Of a DNA stretch of 64,000 nt, positions 36,032 through 50,287 are shown piece after piece (within the stretch, counting starts at the first letter, position 1; every line of letters begins with the position of its first letter). The notes beneath the pieces are model-generated. The model worked only from the letters and a program-made list of their open reading frames with translations, made no database searches and had not been told where the DNA came from. Location: contig NC_068982.1 of assembly GCF_001194135.2 (NCBI RefSeq), positions 36,897,217 to 36,961,216 of the forward strand, in the 5' to 3' direction. This DNA is from Octopus bimaculoides (Eukaryota). The translations under genes were made by a program, and so were the position numbers.

Positions 36032-36821
36032 GTAGGTTTCATACTATGTTTATTCAATCATTATATGATCCTGAGTAATGTCTTTGTGCAGAAATTATAG
36101 GAAAATATTGTTTTATGCTGAAGTATTTGTTGCAGACCCCCGAAAATGGGGCTCTGAGGTTAAAAACATGTCAATGCAAGGTAGCATAAAAAATGTCATT
36201 AAACTGATGCTAATTCAAAATGCTTGTTTCTTACTTCATGGAAAAGTCTTTTATTTCTTGTTTATTATATTAGCATGTTTTAGTAGGTAAGTCACTTGAT
36301 TTACTTAGTTTATTTAAATGCCCTCATTGGAACTTAAGATAGTGTATTACATTTAAAGAACAGAAGAAATGATTCCTTTTGTTTATAAAAGAATCCTTTC
36401 TCTGAATGACAGTGTATGGTACATGTGATCAGAAGTGTGAGCCTGATATGAAAACATAAGTATTAAATACAGAAGAGCAGCTACAAAGAATAAAGAATAA
36501 ACTAGGTTGATAACTATACATTTTTCAATATGAAATTGAGAGATGTAATGAATGTTTGTTGATGTTTGATCAGCAATATTTTTGCTGTGAACATCTTGTT
36601 TTTGTTTTTTTCTTTTCAAACAGTATTTCTAAAGCCATATTATCCAATGTAACCTCCTATTTTTAAGATGGTACTCTGTGACTGCGTGGTTTGAAGAATG
36701 TTTGTCTGCTATTTGTAACAGGTTTGGTAGAAATGTTATGTAAATTTGAGAGATGTGTAGAAGAAAGGCAAGTGTTTTTATAGAAACATGAGAATTGATA
36801 TTGAGTAAATATGGATAAATA

Positions 36822-37227
36822 GGTGCAGGAGTGGCTGTTTGGTAAGAAGCTTGCTTCCCAACCACATGGTTCCGGATTCAGTCCCACTGTGTGACACCTT
36901 AGGCAAGTGTCTTCTACTATAACCTTAGGCCAACTGAAGCCTTGTGAATGGATTTGGTAGACAGAAACTGAAAGAAGCCAGTTGTATATATCGATCTATA
37001 TATTTATATGTGTGTCTTTGTGTCTGTGTTTGTTCCCCCATCACCACTTGACAACTGGTGTTGGTGTGTTTACATCCCTGTAACTTAGCAGTTCGGCAAA
37101 AAAGACTGATAGAATAAGTACCAGGTTTAAAAAATAAGTATTGGGTTAATTCATTCAACAAAAAATTCAAGGCAGTGTCCCAGCAAGGCAACTGTCTAAT
37201 GACTGGAACAAGTAAAAGATAAAAGAT
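36822..37227 (+). mobile_element. Full-length tRNA-derived SINE (~405 bp) with central (TA/TG)n
   Basis: Head ggtgcaggagtggctgtttggtaagaagc...ggattcagtccc; core gacaccttaggcaagtgtcttc; tail aagtaaaagataaaaga. Confidence 0.88.
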
Positions 37228-40183
37228 GTAAAAACAAAATTTATTTTAGATTTGAACATGCTTGATTTGATAATTGTAATGACATCAAATAGAGGTAGAT
37301 TCTACTGAATTGTTTTTCAATGGAAAATTACTTGTTTAATGTCGTGGATGATTTAAAATATAGTTTTCCCAAAAGCATGCAACTTTCGGTCTGTTGGCTT
37401 TTAATAATTTTAATTTTTATACTTTGGAGTGGATTCTTTTTTCATTTCTCACTCTGAAAATCTAAGTAAAATAAAATAGAATATGTTGGGTAACTGCAAC
37501 AAGCAGAGTAGTATATATTGATTATAAACACCACATAATTACTGACACTCACTATTCCAGAAACTTAATCTTATAACATTAATCTCACATTTACTCTATT
37601 GGGGAATGATAAATGTATATATTGTATAAAATATTAGTTTGATATATATTATCTTGAAATGATATTTTCTTGTACTCTGCTTCTCTCTCTAAATTTGTTG
37701 TTAGTTGAGACTACTACAAAAGGTACATATAAGCAGAGAGTTTCATATTTCATGCAAATGCACTTATAAAACAGTTTAGTATAAAACTCCAGGTTCTTGA
37801 GCAACTCTTTTAGTATTAACAGCTAATGAAAATAAAATAAGATTATATGTACTCTTCACTACGTATCGAGTTCTCTTCCCCATGTTTATAAACAAGACAT
37901 ACTTATGCATGTAAATGCTTACACATACCTGTTTCAGTGAAGTATGTTACTTAAGTACTGGACCCTTGAAAACTGAATGATTAAAAAAAGGAACAACTCT
38001 ATTACCTAAAAGTTTTAATTTTAATGATCATTCTCTTTTAGGAAAATATTTCAATCTCTAAAATACTTTTAAATTAGTTTTTAAGTTGGCTAAAAATCTT
38101 TTGGGTTTAAATGTTTTATTTATAAAGAAAATAATGTAATAAATGACAATATCATTGTGTATAATCTCAAGAATATTCAACCTTCCGACCTCTGTATGTC
38201 TCATTTTCCAGTGTTTCATTATGTCTCTTAATCGTCTTTGCTTTTCTGTTTGTTGACATTTTTTTTCTGCGTTGTATTTTTGTATCTCCCTTTGTCGCTT
38301 TCCTTCCAATATCCATCCATGTTAACAGAAGATACAGACTGTGAGTATTACAATTGCTGTTGTACTACTGTCTTAGTGTTGTGTTTTGTCATGTTGTCAT
38401 CCTAAGCTAAATCTTTTCTTTGCCTTGACAAACAATTTTAATGTTACCTGAATGTCATCATATAAACAGATAAGCATGCAATATATGTGTAAGATGTTTT
38501 AATATTATTGCTCTTGTTAACACAACTATTACATTGTTCAGTTTAATTTATAATTTTATGATAAGCTATGAAATAAGTAGTAGCCCTGAAAGAAAGTTAG
38601 ACGCTATAAAATACATCCATTGTGTGCAATACCAGATTTTTTTTTCCCCAAGAAAATGTCTGTTGTAAATATCTATAATTGAATAAGGTTTTGTATTCTT
38701 ATAATGTTTCAATTCCCTTGTTTTGTGTGGGTGTGTGCATGCGTGCGCATGTGCACACACATACACTCCTGTACTGCTAGCTGTCACTCACTCACTTTCT
38801 GGCCAGTCCTTCATCGAGATCTGTTCGTCTCTTACCATCACCATCTTGATAATCTGTAACTCATGTTCTCTTACTTGCAAACATTACTCTTCTATGCTTC
38901 TAGCTCCCATTCTCTTTTCCCCCAGTTACCAAGTTACTCATTATTGATAACTATTATACTCTCATATTTCTCTCTTACCAACAAAAATGTAACTTCCGTG
39001 TCTCTGTCTCATTACTTTCTGCTGTCACTGTCTCCTTCTTTTCCTCCTCCTTTTCCATATGGTCACTTCAATCATTATGTCCCTTTTTCATACTCATGTT
39101 TCTTTCTCCATATCACACTAGTTCTCATAGTTCATTTTCTGCAATTGCCTGTTCTATCTAGTCCATTTGTCAAGTTACTTGGAATGAACAACAATAACAT
39201 TGAGCAGTAATGGCTCTTTTGTCTTGCAGAGTACAAGGTAACCCACTAATTCTGATTCCTTGTACACTCTATAAATGCTCCTTGTACACTCTATAAAATG
39301 TTTGCTGAATGAGCGGAGTAAACACAGTCAAGAGGAGTTTTTAGTTCTGTCTTCTGGAGGACGTAAGATTTAAAAACCTGGTACCATGATAAAATACACT
39401 TTGTATGCTCTGTAAAGTTGGTGTTAGGGAGAGCATCCTGTCTTAGAAACCTAGCCCAAACTGAAGAACAAGGGTGAAATATGGTCCTGAGACCTGTCTA
39501 GGAGAGCAACTAATTCCAAATAAGAACTGACATGGATTAGGATCATCAGCAATGCCAGCATGAAAATCAGTTGTGTACTGATGATATATACATATACCAC
39601 ACAAATATCTATCTGTTTCTCTGTCTGTCTGTATGTATCTCTATGTATGTGCTTGTGTGTGTTTATATGTATAATACTAAAAGTTGCCATCTATTTTTGT
39701 GTGTACCACAATTTTTACTGAAAACAATTCATTATGTTGATAAAAGGTTTTGAGTTCATGTACTCTTAAGAAATACATTTCTGGGCTTTAGGAATTGAAA
39801 AATGTTGTTTATTATTTTATGTGCAAGAGAAAGTATTTTTCAGCCATTCATGGAAGAAAGACAATTCATGAATGTTGTTGAAATGGAAGAAGGGTTGCTG
39901 AGTATATATCAACATATAAAGAAAACAAATTGATGCAATATCCATAGAGTAACAAGGATCGATAGAATAGCTCATAGCAAAATACAAGAAAAAAGGATAG
40001 TGTATATGTCTATCTTCATCTGTCTCTGAGATGAATATCTGAAAGAATGAGAGGGTGTGTGTGTGTGTATATATCTATATAGCGAGAGAGTTTATGATGC
40101 AAATAAACATGTATGGGCTTAATATATGCTGGGCAGTGGGGGNNNNNNNNNNNNNNNNNNNNNNNNNNNNNNNNNGGGGGGGG

Positions 40184-41298
40184 GGGGGGTACTCAAAAGA
40201 AACTGGAATTTTGCAATATTATTTTATTTACTTAGTTTTACAAAGTCACAGGGAGCAAGATCAGGTGAATAGAGAGGGTGGGTAAGCGGGTTCATGCCAT
40301 TTTTGTTCAAAAACTGTCTCACACTCAAGGTGGTGTGCACAGGTGCATTGTCATGATGAAACCACCGTTCTCCACTTTGTCACAGATAAGGGCATTTTCA
40401 TCTCACCATGTCTCGCAAATGCTTCAGAATTGCCAAGTAAAATGTCTGGTTAACATTTTGACCAGAGGAAACAAATTCTGTGGGCAATTCCTTTCACATC
40501 GATGAAACAAATCAGCATCATTTTGACATTGGACTTCACTTGATGTGCTTGTATGTGGCATGGTGATATCGAATGCTTCTATTGACTTGATTGCTGCTTC
40601 ATTTCTGGGTCGTAGCTGTACCACCAGCTTTCGTCACCAGTGATCTTTGAAACTGGTCTGGATCAACTTCCAACTGTTCTTTTAGTTCATGACATGCATT
40701 CAGTTGTGACTGCTTTTGAGCTTTCATGAGTAAGTGCGGTACAAATTTTGCTACAATTCTTTTCGTTTGCAACTCCCCACTCAAAATTCATTGGCAGGTG
40801 CTCCAGAACACACCAATCATTTCAACAAGTTCATCAATTGTTTGGTGACAGCCTTCCAAGATCAGTTCATGAACTTTTGTGATGTTTTCATTCATTCAGG
40901 AGGTCAACAGTTGCCCTGAACAAGGTTGGTCTTCAAGCAACAAGTGAACATTCCTGAAGCGTGAGAACCACTTGTAAACTTGTGTTTTGCTCATGACAGC
41001 ATCCTTGTAAGCTGTTTGAGGCATGACTACTGCTTTGGCCACCATTTTCCCCAGCAGAAAACAGAATTTCATGAAAGCACACTGTTCCTTCATTTCAGCC
41101 ATTGCAAAAATCAACGGACAAGGGAGAAACACTGCAAAAGAAAGACATTACCACTTGGCAGTACAACTTCAACTGATGCTGCCTGTTGGCAGATTGATGT
41201 TTAAGGGTCGCATCAAGTGGCTTCTAGCTGCAGAAGCTTGAACTACATTGGGCTTGTCCGACAGAGAATGTTTCCGGTTACTTTTGGGTACCTCATCA
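40184..41298 (-). mobile_element. mariner-family (DD34D) transposon, internally deleted, pseudogenised
   Basis: TIRs ggggtactcaaaagaaactgga / ttccggttacttttgggtacctc; ATG at 41102 (MAEMKEQCAFMKFCF...VYKWFSRF); RIVAKFVPHLL; FHHDNAP..H; YSPDLAPCDF near 40240. Confidence 0.92.
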
Positions 41299-43614
41299 TA
41301 AAATATACATACATATATACCTGTAAATATATATAGGGATATGGGAAACAAAAACTGAAAATATTCAGGTGAACATTCATGTTTAAGCATATAGATATTT
41401 ATATATTTACAGTACAGATTTACATGGAGAACAAAAGATACAGTAAACTAAGGGGAGAGGATATGGTATTTCAGGTCTGACAGCTGTTTCTGGGGGCTCG
41501 GAATTACTTAATACTTGTAATTTTTGCCAATGGAGTGTGCAAAATTTCAAGAATATGCAACCAGTAGTGGATGAATATAAACATTACTGTAAATTTGGCC
41601 TCCATCTTCGGGTTGGACAGATTGTTTATTTGTATTATTATTTCCATATCAGCTCACCTGGATTTCTCTTATAGACTTAGTCCTCAAAAAAGATTTCAGA
41701 GTGTAAGCACAAAATTATTTGAGCACTACTATGTGTTTTCTATATTGAGCATCTCTGGATCTCGCCTGTTGACTATATACATATATATATATCTGATTCT
41801 TTATTTATATAAAACAAAAGGTACTGGCAGTTAATTGTAACTACTTCATATATAATATACACATATATTTTTTTTGAAATTTGTACATTATGATCGCAAT
41901 ACACATATACATTTGCATATGTACATGTTTATATGGGTACACAAACATGCATGTGCACATACATACACACAGATGGAAATTTCACCAAAGACTGCCTTCC
42001 TGATGCATGACAGATGACAACCAATGAATTTCACTGATTATCCACTTAATGGCTTTCAAACCCATTGACATATATGATCAACTGACTGTCAGTTCCTGTC
42101 ACAGGAATGAAATCTCTATTCGTCAAAACACGTAAAAACACTCATGTATAATGCTATAGTATAATATTGAACCTAGGATCACATTGAAGCATAGTAACTT
42201 TTTAATCCTATAGTCAGGTGTGTATATTAATGTACATGTGTGTATATTATAGATTAGTACTTAAGTACTTTTTCCTTGGCAGTTGATCATTTTTCCTGTC
42301 TCATTCAGCTTGTTGAAAATTAAGTACTGAAATGTTTATTTTCTTAATTATTTGGCATCATATATAGCAACATTAATCTACCAGTTGAAGCTGTTTTAGT
42401 GTCTAACCTTTTATTAGTGATGTGTTGTTTAATAAATGAATCCCTGCTTGAAAAGGAGTAAAAGGGAAAAAAGAAAACTACTAAGTTTGCTATTTAAATC
42501 TTTTATTGGAAGTATGATAAATACAGTATTCTTGCATTGCTGCAAAAATACTAGGGGCTTGTTATATTTGTGGTGAAATCATATTATATCTCTTGAAAAA
42601 AATGAAACATTCTATTTATTTTGAATTATAATTTATTTCTTGAAGAAATAAAATGCTGTATCAGAAAAAAGAATTAACATAATTTTTTTCATATAGTTTT
42701 TAAGAATTATTTTACAATATTAGTTTCTGTTCCTTGTATCTGGTTATTTGGGAAAGGATTCAGGTTGGCAAAAATATTTCATTAAAGAATTTGTTGGACA
42801 GTTTACAAATCTAAAATATATATAACTATAAATATAGGTGGATGAAAAAGAAGTTATAAAATTGGTTTCTATCAAGGATTTCAATATACATTCTTTCATT
42901 GTCAAATAAGATTACTTTTTAAAGATGTTATCTTTTCTGTCTTCAGTTATTAAACTGGACAATGAATTTCATGTGTAAACATGAAATTGTTTTGAAATTC
43001 TACTTTGGATTATATCAGGTTGAACATTGTTACATACTACATATATGAAGTATAGAAGTTTAAAAAACAACTCTTCTAGAGTTTAAAAATATTTTGTTGC
43101 ATATATCTGAATAATTGTTGCGGTAAGGCTTTTTCGTAAGGTAGGTCTTTCATAAAGATTTTATAAAAAGTGTTCTGAGGTGAATTCTAAAATATTTGTT
43201 TGGAAATCCCCCCTCCACACACAGACACATTCACTCTCACTCTCCAAACTATTATATAGATGATACTTTTACTAATTACAACAATCTGCAACTACTTCAA
43301 TTGTTGTACATTATATACTCAATGTTATATAAACAATTATTTTACAACTGTAAAACCAGTATCAAAATTAAATTTATAATTTTTACTCCAAAGTAAAACC
43401 ATAGTCTTATTAATAAAGTAAAATTTTAATTACTAAACTACTCTTTTCGCTTGCAGTATTTGTATTTAAAAAGAAGCAAGAGAAATACATAAATATGATT
43501 TTTTAGATTCATAGCAATGAAATATAGTTTCAGAAATATTGAACTTTAAATATTTCAAATTATTTACTTATAATTATCATTACTTATTATTTACTTGAAA
43601 TATTTGTTTTGTAG

Positions 43615-43787
43615 GGAAGCAGAAAGAAGAACTTGAAAAAACTTTGGAAGAGATGCCTTCTCGTCCTTATTTGAGTGCTCTTGGAGCTTTACTTAAATGG
43701 ATCAGTGATATGGAGGAAATTCTCAACACAGAAAATATCCATTTCAGTGGTACCAGTTCTCTGGAGAAACAAATGAAGCAGTACAAG
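43615..43787 (+). CDS. DMD: Dystrophin exon 11 of window (173 nt, phase 1/0), R6 start; ends at a GC donor
   Basis: ttttgtag|GG AAG...TACAAG|gctagt; KQKEELEKTLEEMPSRPYLSALGALLKWISDMEEIL...EKQMKQYK. Confidence 0.9.
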
Positions 43788-43876
43788 GCTAGTCAAATTC
43801 CTTATCTATTATTTTAATTTCTAAACTTAAAAAATTTAAAATGATATTTAAACAATATACGACTGGGAAGTTAATA

Positions 43877-43930
<54 letters not shown>

Positions 43931-44323
43931 NNNNNNNNNNNNNNNNNNNNNNNNNNNNNNNNNNNNNNNNNNNNNNNNNNNNNNNNNNNNNNNNNNNNNN
44001 NNNNNNNNNNNNNNNNNNNNNNNNNNNNNNNNNNNNNNNNNNNNNNNNNNNNNNNNNNNNNNNNNNNNNNNNNNNNNNNNNNNNNNNNNNNNNNNNNNNN
44101 NNNNNNNNNNNNNNNNNNNNNNNNNNNNNNNNNNNNNNNNNNNNNNNNNNNNNNNNNNNNNNNNNNNNNNNNNNNNNNNNNNNNNNNNNNNNNNNNNNNN
44201 NNNNNNNNNNNNNNNNNNNNNNNNNNNNNNNNNNNNNNNNNNNNNNNNNNNNNNNNNNNNNNNNNNNNNNNNNNNNNNNNNNNNNNNNNNNNNNNNNNNN
44301 NNNNNNNNNNNNNNNNNNNNNNN

Positions 44324-44358
<35 letters not shown>

Positions 44359-44449
44359 CCATCTTATTAATTCACAGAAGGATGACAGGAAAGTTAGGCA
44401 AGCTCTCAGCAAGTTGTACTTTCAGAGAAGCTCTAAATGATTATCATGA

Positions 44450-46230
44450 CAGAAAAAGGAGATAGAGGTTTATAACATAGAGGAAAATCAGCAATTTCTA
44501 CAAGGCAACTGCTGAAGGCTATAAACAAGATATGTGGACCATGCAGTAGAGGAAAATATCAAGTAGCTAAAGTGAATCTAAAGGTTGGGCATATTTAGCA
44601 AAGGGCGAAGAAAAAGAAAGTGGCTTGCACATGTTTTGTGACATGAGGATTAAGAGCATGAGATGTTATAAGTTAAACTGAAGAGAATCTAGATGTAATG
44701 TGTTTAGAGAATGATCATAGCACATTTGCTTTTACTGATGTTAGAAAGAAAGTAGCATAGAGACTGTTGAATTAGGAGATTGCTTGAGAGGGAGAGTGTC
44801 TATAACAGTCTGATCAACAGAACAAATAAGAATATGATAGCAAGGAAATTAACTGGCCTGTCAGTGATAGTCACAGTGATGTTTAAAATATTTGGCAAAG
44901 GAAGTTCCATACTAGTATTTCAAATAGTCAACCAAAGAATATAAGAAGGTGACATACTCGGTGACTGGTGTACCAGTATCATTGTCAATTGATACAGGGG
45001 CAAAAGCCATATACTAAAGACCACAAAAACCTCAAATTATTGAGCAAGAGTTATCAAAAAATTGATTAGAAACAAGATTAACTTGAATGTTATTTGGGTT
45101 TGTGGTACTTAAGAGGCTATATTCATAAAGAAAGAATTGCAAGAAAATTTGCTAGCTATGAGTAAGCCCTTCCCCATACTCAACATTTGTTGACCTGGAG
45201 ATGGCTTTTGGCAAGGTACAATGATCTGTGATCTGGTATTCATGAATGATTCTAGGGGTACATGAATGGCTTATGAGGGCTCTGCAGTCTGTGTACAGAG
45301 GTGCAATCATCAATGACAAATTTAGCATGTATGCAGAGGTTCATTCAGTTATCTCTTATCTACATATTATAGTCATCCAAGCTATAACAAACAAACTATG
45401 CTGATGACCTAATTCTTAAAGCAAAATCTGGAGAAGATGTTCCTGACAAGGAAGCAAAACCTGGTATAGAAAGTCCTTAAACTTACTAAAACTACAGTTT
45501 TACTAAGTAGGAAAGAATTAAAGACCTTGTTACCATCGAGGAAATGGCCTTGGTATACAAAAAAGGAGGAAGTAGAAATTTCATATGGTGTGCCAAGTGT
45601 ACGGAAGAGAACACGAGTGAAGTGGGATCACAAATAGTTTAACAAAGTAGGTGGGCTTCATATGTGGGTAATAAACACTAAAGTATACAGGAAACAGGTT
45701 TTCTCAGATGCCCAGCAAGCTCCTGGTAGTTGATAACTTCTGTTACTGAGGTGGGTGTTCTGAAAGCTTAGTGGTGAGAGTAAGAACAGACTGGAAAATA
45801 TTCTAGGAACTATTATCTCTGCTGGTGACAAAAAGCTTTTCTTTCAGAGTGAATGGCGGATTGTATGCTGCTTGTGTACAAAATGAGATAGTGCATGGTA
45901 AAAAGTCAACTGCTGGAGAATTTATGAAAATTGTAAAGAAATTAAGCAAGCATACTTTGGTGGATGCATAGTGTTAGTGTGCATGAATAACAAAATTCAA
46001 GTAAGTTGAGGGAAAAACTAGATATAAGTGGAATCAGATGGGTGCAGTGTGTAAGAGAAAAGAATGCACTGGTAGTGGCTTGTGATGTATATAGGGTGTA
46101 ACTGCTGTATGAGGAATTGCTAAGCTCTTTGTTTAAATGGAAGCTGTGGAAGAGGAAGACCAAGAAACACTTAGGATGAAGTGATGAAGACTGATGGCAT
46201 TTCGCAAAGATGACTAAGAACCATGATGAT
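44450..46230 (+). mobile_element. Long, heavily decayed RTE-like LINE remnant
   Basis: 3' part gives GRGRPRNT*DEVMKTD followed by a (gat)n tail; upstream purine-rich degenerate coding-like sequence. Confidence 0.6.
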
Positions 46231-46304
46231 TGGTGACACATGATGCAGGAGAAAATTCAACCACACGTGTAAGCATGGTGAAACATACATGGAAATGGAG
46301 GCTG

Positions 46305-46340
<36 letters not shown>

Positions 46341-47734
46341 TGTGTGTATGTGTATGGGCTTTTCACTTGTTTTGTACCAGCTAAGTCTTTATTTGCTATT
46401 CCTCTTTTCTGTTCAATACCCCTTTCATCTCCTAGTTACTACGCTACGCTACGTAACCCATGTAATATGGGAAAATAGATGTGACCATGCTCATTGCCTG
46501 CCTACTACCATCCATATCTCTCTACTCTCTGCTCCCTTCCATCATGCTCTCTGTTACCAGATAACATTACTCTTCTCTACTGCTAGCCACCTCTCCCTCT
46601 TCTCCAGTCAGTCATTATTGACATCTGTCCCACTCTCATACCACTGACCATTTTTATTACTCTCCATCACTTCCTCACTCTCTTTTTCTCCCCTCTCACC
46701 AACAAACATAATTGTCGTTCACATGTTTGTCCCTGCCATTACTGTTTCTCTCATTTTACTCGGGAATTAATGTCTCTTTTTGCATTACTCCTTTTAACAT
46801 TGTCTCTCCCATTTCTCCTTCTACACTTTCACCAGAATAGTGTTCCCCTCTCACCCTAGTTAATTTTCAGCTACCACCTTTTCTTCTACCCACCCTATTG
46901 GTCATGTTGCTCTAAATTAACAAAGAATGCATACAGGAATGAGCTTGACTGTTCTGTGACTGTGAAGATCTGTTCGACTCATGTCAGAATGGAAAGTGAC
47001 ATCCTTTTAATCCACTTTCCATACTACATAGATTTCTCGGTAGTTACAGTCAAAGACAATTCTCATCAGGATCTACTGCTCTCCTAAATGTCTTGCTTGT
47101 ATGTTTCATTTTTTACATGGTTTCTAAGGCCAGATGTCCTTCATATCACCAACTGTACTAGGTGCAGTTTATTATGGCACCAGTACCCAAAAAGGATGTT
47201 ATATCCCCAAAGGACTAAAGGGGCCTTATTGATCCCACATTGTTTCCACTCATTCATCACTCACTTTGTAGAGTGTGCTGAATGCATTCTGGCACTATCA
47301 CAGTTAGGGTTGTCTTGTAATTTGTAAAATTGAAAAGCATTGTTAGATCAGGTCAACGTGACCTAGTAGGTGAGCAATGACAGAAGTTGAACTAAAATGG
47401 GTAGATGAATGGAACAAAAGTATGATAGCAGAAACCTAGTGATTTGGTGAGAGAGAGATGAATAATAATAGAAGTTGAGAATGGTAACAGTGAGTGATGG
47501 AAGTCAAATAAATGATGACTGGTGGTACAGAAAGGGTAACGGTAGTGTGTATCAGGTACAAACAGATACATTGTCATTGTCATGGTTGTGAGGGGTAGAG
47601 TGATAAGGGTGGTGGTAGAGGGGAGTAAATGTAGGTAGGTTCAGTATCATTCTTTGTTACTGGGCTGTATGAATGATATACAGATGAGTGAACACACACA
47701 CATATACAAAATCTTTTTTTTCTTCCTCTTTTAG

Positions 47735-47950
47735 GAACTTCGAAATGATCTTCAAGAACATGTACATAGTTTAGAATATGTGAATAAAACAGGCCAACAA
47801 CTGGTAAAAAAATCTCACAGCAATGAGAGAGCTAAATCTCTTGAGAATGATTTAATATCCTTGAACTGTAGATGGAGTGAAGTTTATAATACAGTTGATG
47901 GACGTATGGATATTCTAGATAGAACAATTGGACAACTGCAGTCATTTCAG
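47735..47950 (+). CDS. DMD: Dystrophin exon 12 of window (216 nt, phase 0/0), R6 end
   Basis: ctcttttag|GAACTT...TTTCAG|gtacaa; ELRNDLQEHVHSLEYVNKTGQQLV...LNCRWSEVYNTVDGRMDILDRTIGQLQSFQ. Confidence 0.95.
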
Positions 47951-48479
47951 GTACAATCTCTTAAAATAATCACGTATTTTTTATAAAAACAAGAGTAAAA
48001 GTTAAAAATTCTCATTACCCACAAGAATGATTAAAGTACTTTATCAAGAACTAATTACATAGAATTTGTTGAAAATATGTTTATGCCATCTTGGAATGAA
48101 TTAATCCAATTTTCATAATTTGATTTTTATAGGATTGAGTTACTAAATTCTTACTTGTTAGTTAAATTTTTTTTTAAATATATTTTACAATGTAATTTTT
48201 ATGATTATGAAAAACCATTTTACTTTTTCTATAAAAATGTATTTTAATGTAACCCTTCTGTTTGATAGTAATTGCTTTTCTATATTAAGTGGTATAAACA
48301 AAAATAATTTCATTACAAATCTGCAATCATTTTCAAACAGTAATGCAAAGTGGATTATCTTTTCATCATTATATTTGTTTTATCTAATTAATTTTGTATT
48401 AATTGTGAAAATATGTTTTCTCTTACAAACTAGTCATTGACTCTTAAATATAACTGAATATTTCTTAATTTATTCATAG

Positions 48480-48593
48480 AATCAATTGGTTGGCATGGTC
48501 CGCTGGACGAAAGAAATGCATGTGTTTTTACAGTCTGATGATCCAGCAACAGGAGATTTACAAACTCTTGCTGCTCAAATGAATGAAAGCAAT
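48480..48593 (+). CDS. DMD: Dystrophin exon 13 of window (114 nt, phase 0/0), R7 start
   Basis: ttcatag|AATCAA...AGCAAT|gtaaga; NQLVGMVRWTKEMHVFLQSDDPATGDLQTLAAQMNESN. Confidence 0.94.
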
Positions 48594-48843
48594 GTAAGAA
48601 TTGTAATACAACAATCTTTTCTTTTTCTTAAATGAAGTTATTTTAATTTTAAATCATAGTCAATCACATCAATGAAAAAACTAACAGGAATATTAAAGAA
48701 AAACATATGATGTTATATTAAAATTTTGAAAAAAAATTTTATAACCAAATCGTTTTAAAACAAATTATTTTCATAAAAATAAAAAAATTCAGAAAAAATG
48801 TCTGGTGATTGTTGCAATACTGATCTTTTCTATTTACTTATAG

Positions 48844-49170
48844 GGAGTTCTTGAAGATATTTTAACATTGCAAGAAAATGTTGATAGTATTGGGGAACTA
48901 CATAATCAACTGTGTGAATATGCTGATGAACACTTTACTAAAGATTTAAAAGAACAGGTGAAAGATATGAATGAAAAGTGGAATAGTGTTGTTACTCTTG
49001 CACAAGAACAGAACACTCGTCTTGCTAATGCAATCAAATACAGCAAAGATATTTTCTCCAGAATGGAAAACTTAACTAAGTGGACAGAACAACAAAAACA
49101 GCAACTCAACAACAAAGACTATGCAGTGGATAGTATCAACGATTTATTAGTTAAAAATAAAAAATTCAAG
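48844..49170 (+). CDS. DMD: Dystrophin exon 14 of window (327 nt, phase 0/0), R7 end/R8 start
   Basis: cttatag|GGAGTT...TTCAAG|gtacag; GVLEDILTLQENVDSI...KDMNEKWNSVV...MENLTKWTEQQ...KNKKFK. Confidence 0.95.
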
Positions 49171-49810
49171 GTACAGTATAATTTTTAGAAATTGAACTTC
49201 TCTATTATAATCATATACCCCTGTCTTCTATTTTAATTTAAAGCTAAATAATTTTGTATTACATTATATCAGACTTGTCAAATAAATATTTTTGTAATGA
49301 TGTGTCAAAAGAACAAGCTCATACATACTTAACATCATAAAATTCATTTGATTTCATCAATTTTAGAGAAGGGTTAACAAAATGTCCATTGTCTGGAAAT
49401 CTTTCGTAACATACCCGTGACCTCTTCAGCAACTCTTCCATCCCACATGAAAGAGTCGCTGAAGAGGTCACAAGTGTGTGACAATAGTTTACAACATTAT
49501 TTTCTTCAGTGGCCATCCAAAGAAAATGTGTTAAAGAGACAAATTATCAATTTAGTACAGATATAAAAAAATTAAGTTATGAGAATAATTTCTTGTGTGT
49601 TCATAAGCTTTCAGACTGACATTCATGCATTGCAGACACACCCGAATAACTCCACACAGATCCACAACTCTGTGCACTTATTCACACATACTCATTCACT
49701 TACTAGTCAACAAATAATAAAAACTATAGAAATGTATTTAAAATTGTGTTATAAAAGAAGTTTGCTCTTATTGTAATATAAAATTTAGTTTATTTTTACT
49801 TCAATTTTAG

Positions 49811-50018
49811 TCTCTGAAGCAAGAAGTTTTGGAAAAAGAACTTGAGATAAATAGACTGAACTCGGAAGCTAATGTTTTGTTAAATAAAAGCAAAAGCTTA
49901 CAGGAGATGGGACGTGCTTTAATGAAGTTAAATTCTCTTTGGAAAGATGTTTACCAGCGAGTTATCTACTATTCTACTGTTTATGAACAAAGTGATGTGA
50001 AGTGGTATAAATTTAAAG
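49811..50018 (+). CDS. DMD: Dystrophin exon 15 of window (208 nt, phase 0/1)
   Basis: aattttag|TCTCTG...AAAG|gtatga; SLKQEVLEKELEINRLNSEA...LMKLNSLWKDVYQRV...VKWYKFK. Confidence 0.93.
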
Positions 50019-50047
50019 GTATGACTTACTGTACTAAATAATTACCA

Positions 50048-50242
50048 TTTACTCTTTTACTTGTTTCAGTCATTTTAACTGCAGCGATGCAGGAGAACCA
50101 CCTTAAAAGATTTTTAGTTGAAGCAGTCGACCTCAGGATATATTTTTGTGAGCCTAGTACTTAATTCTATTGGTCTCTTTTGCCGAACCTCTAAAACACA
50201 CCAATATTGGTTGTCAAACGACACAAAGCCACACATACATAA

Positions 50243-50287
<45 letters not shown>

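Noticed and set aside
40130-40189. Poly-G runs as G-quadruplex elements (also 60498-60508)
   Set aside because: They abut N-gaps, so true length and sequence are unknown; likely assembly breakpoints.
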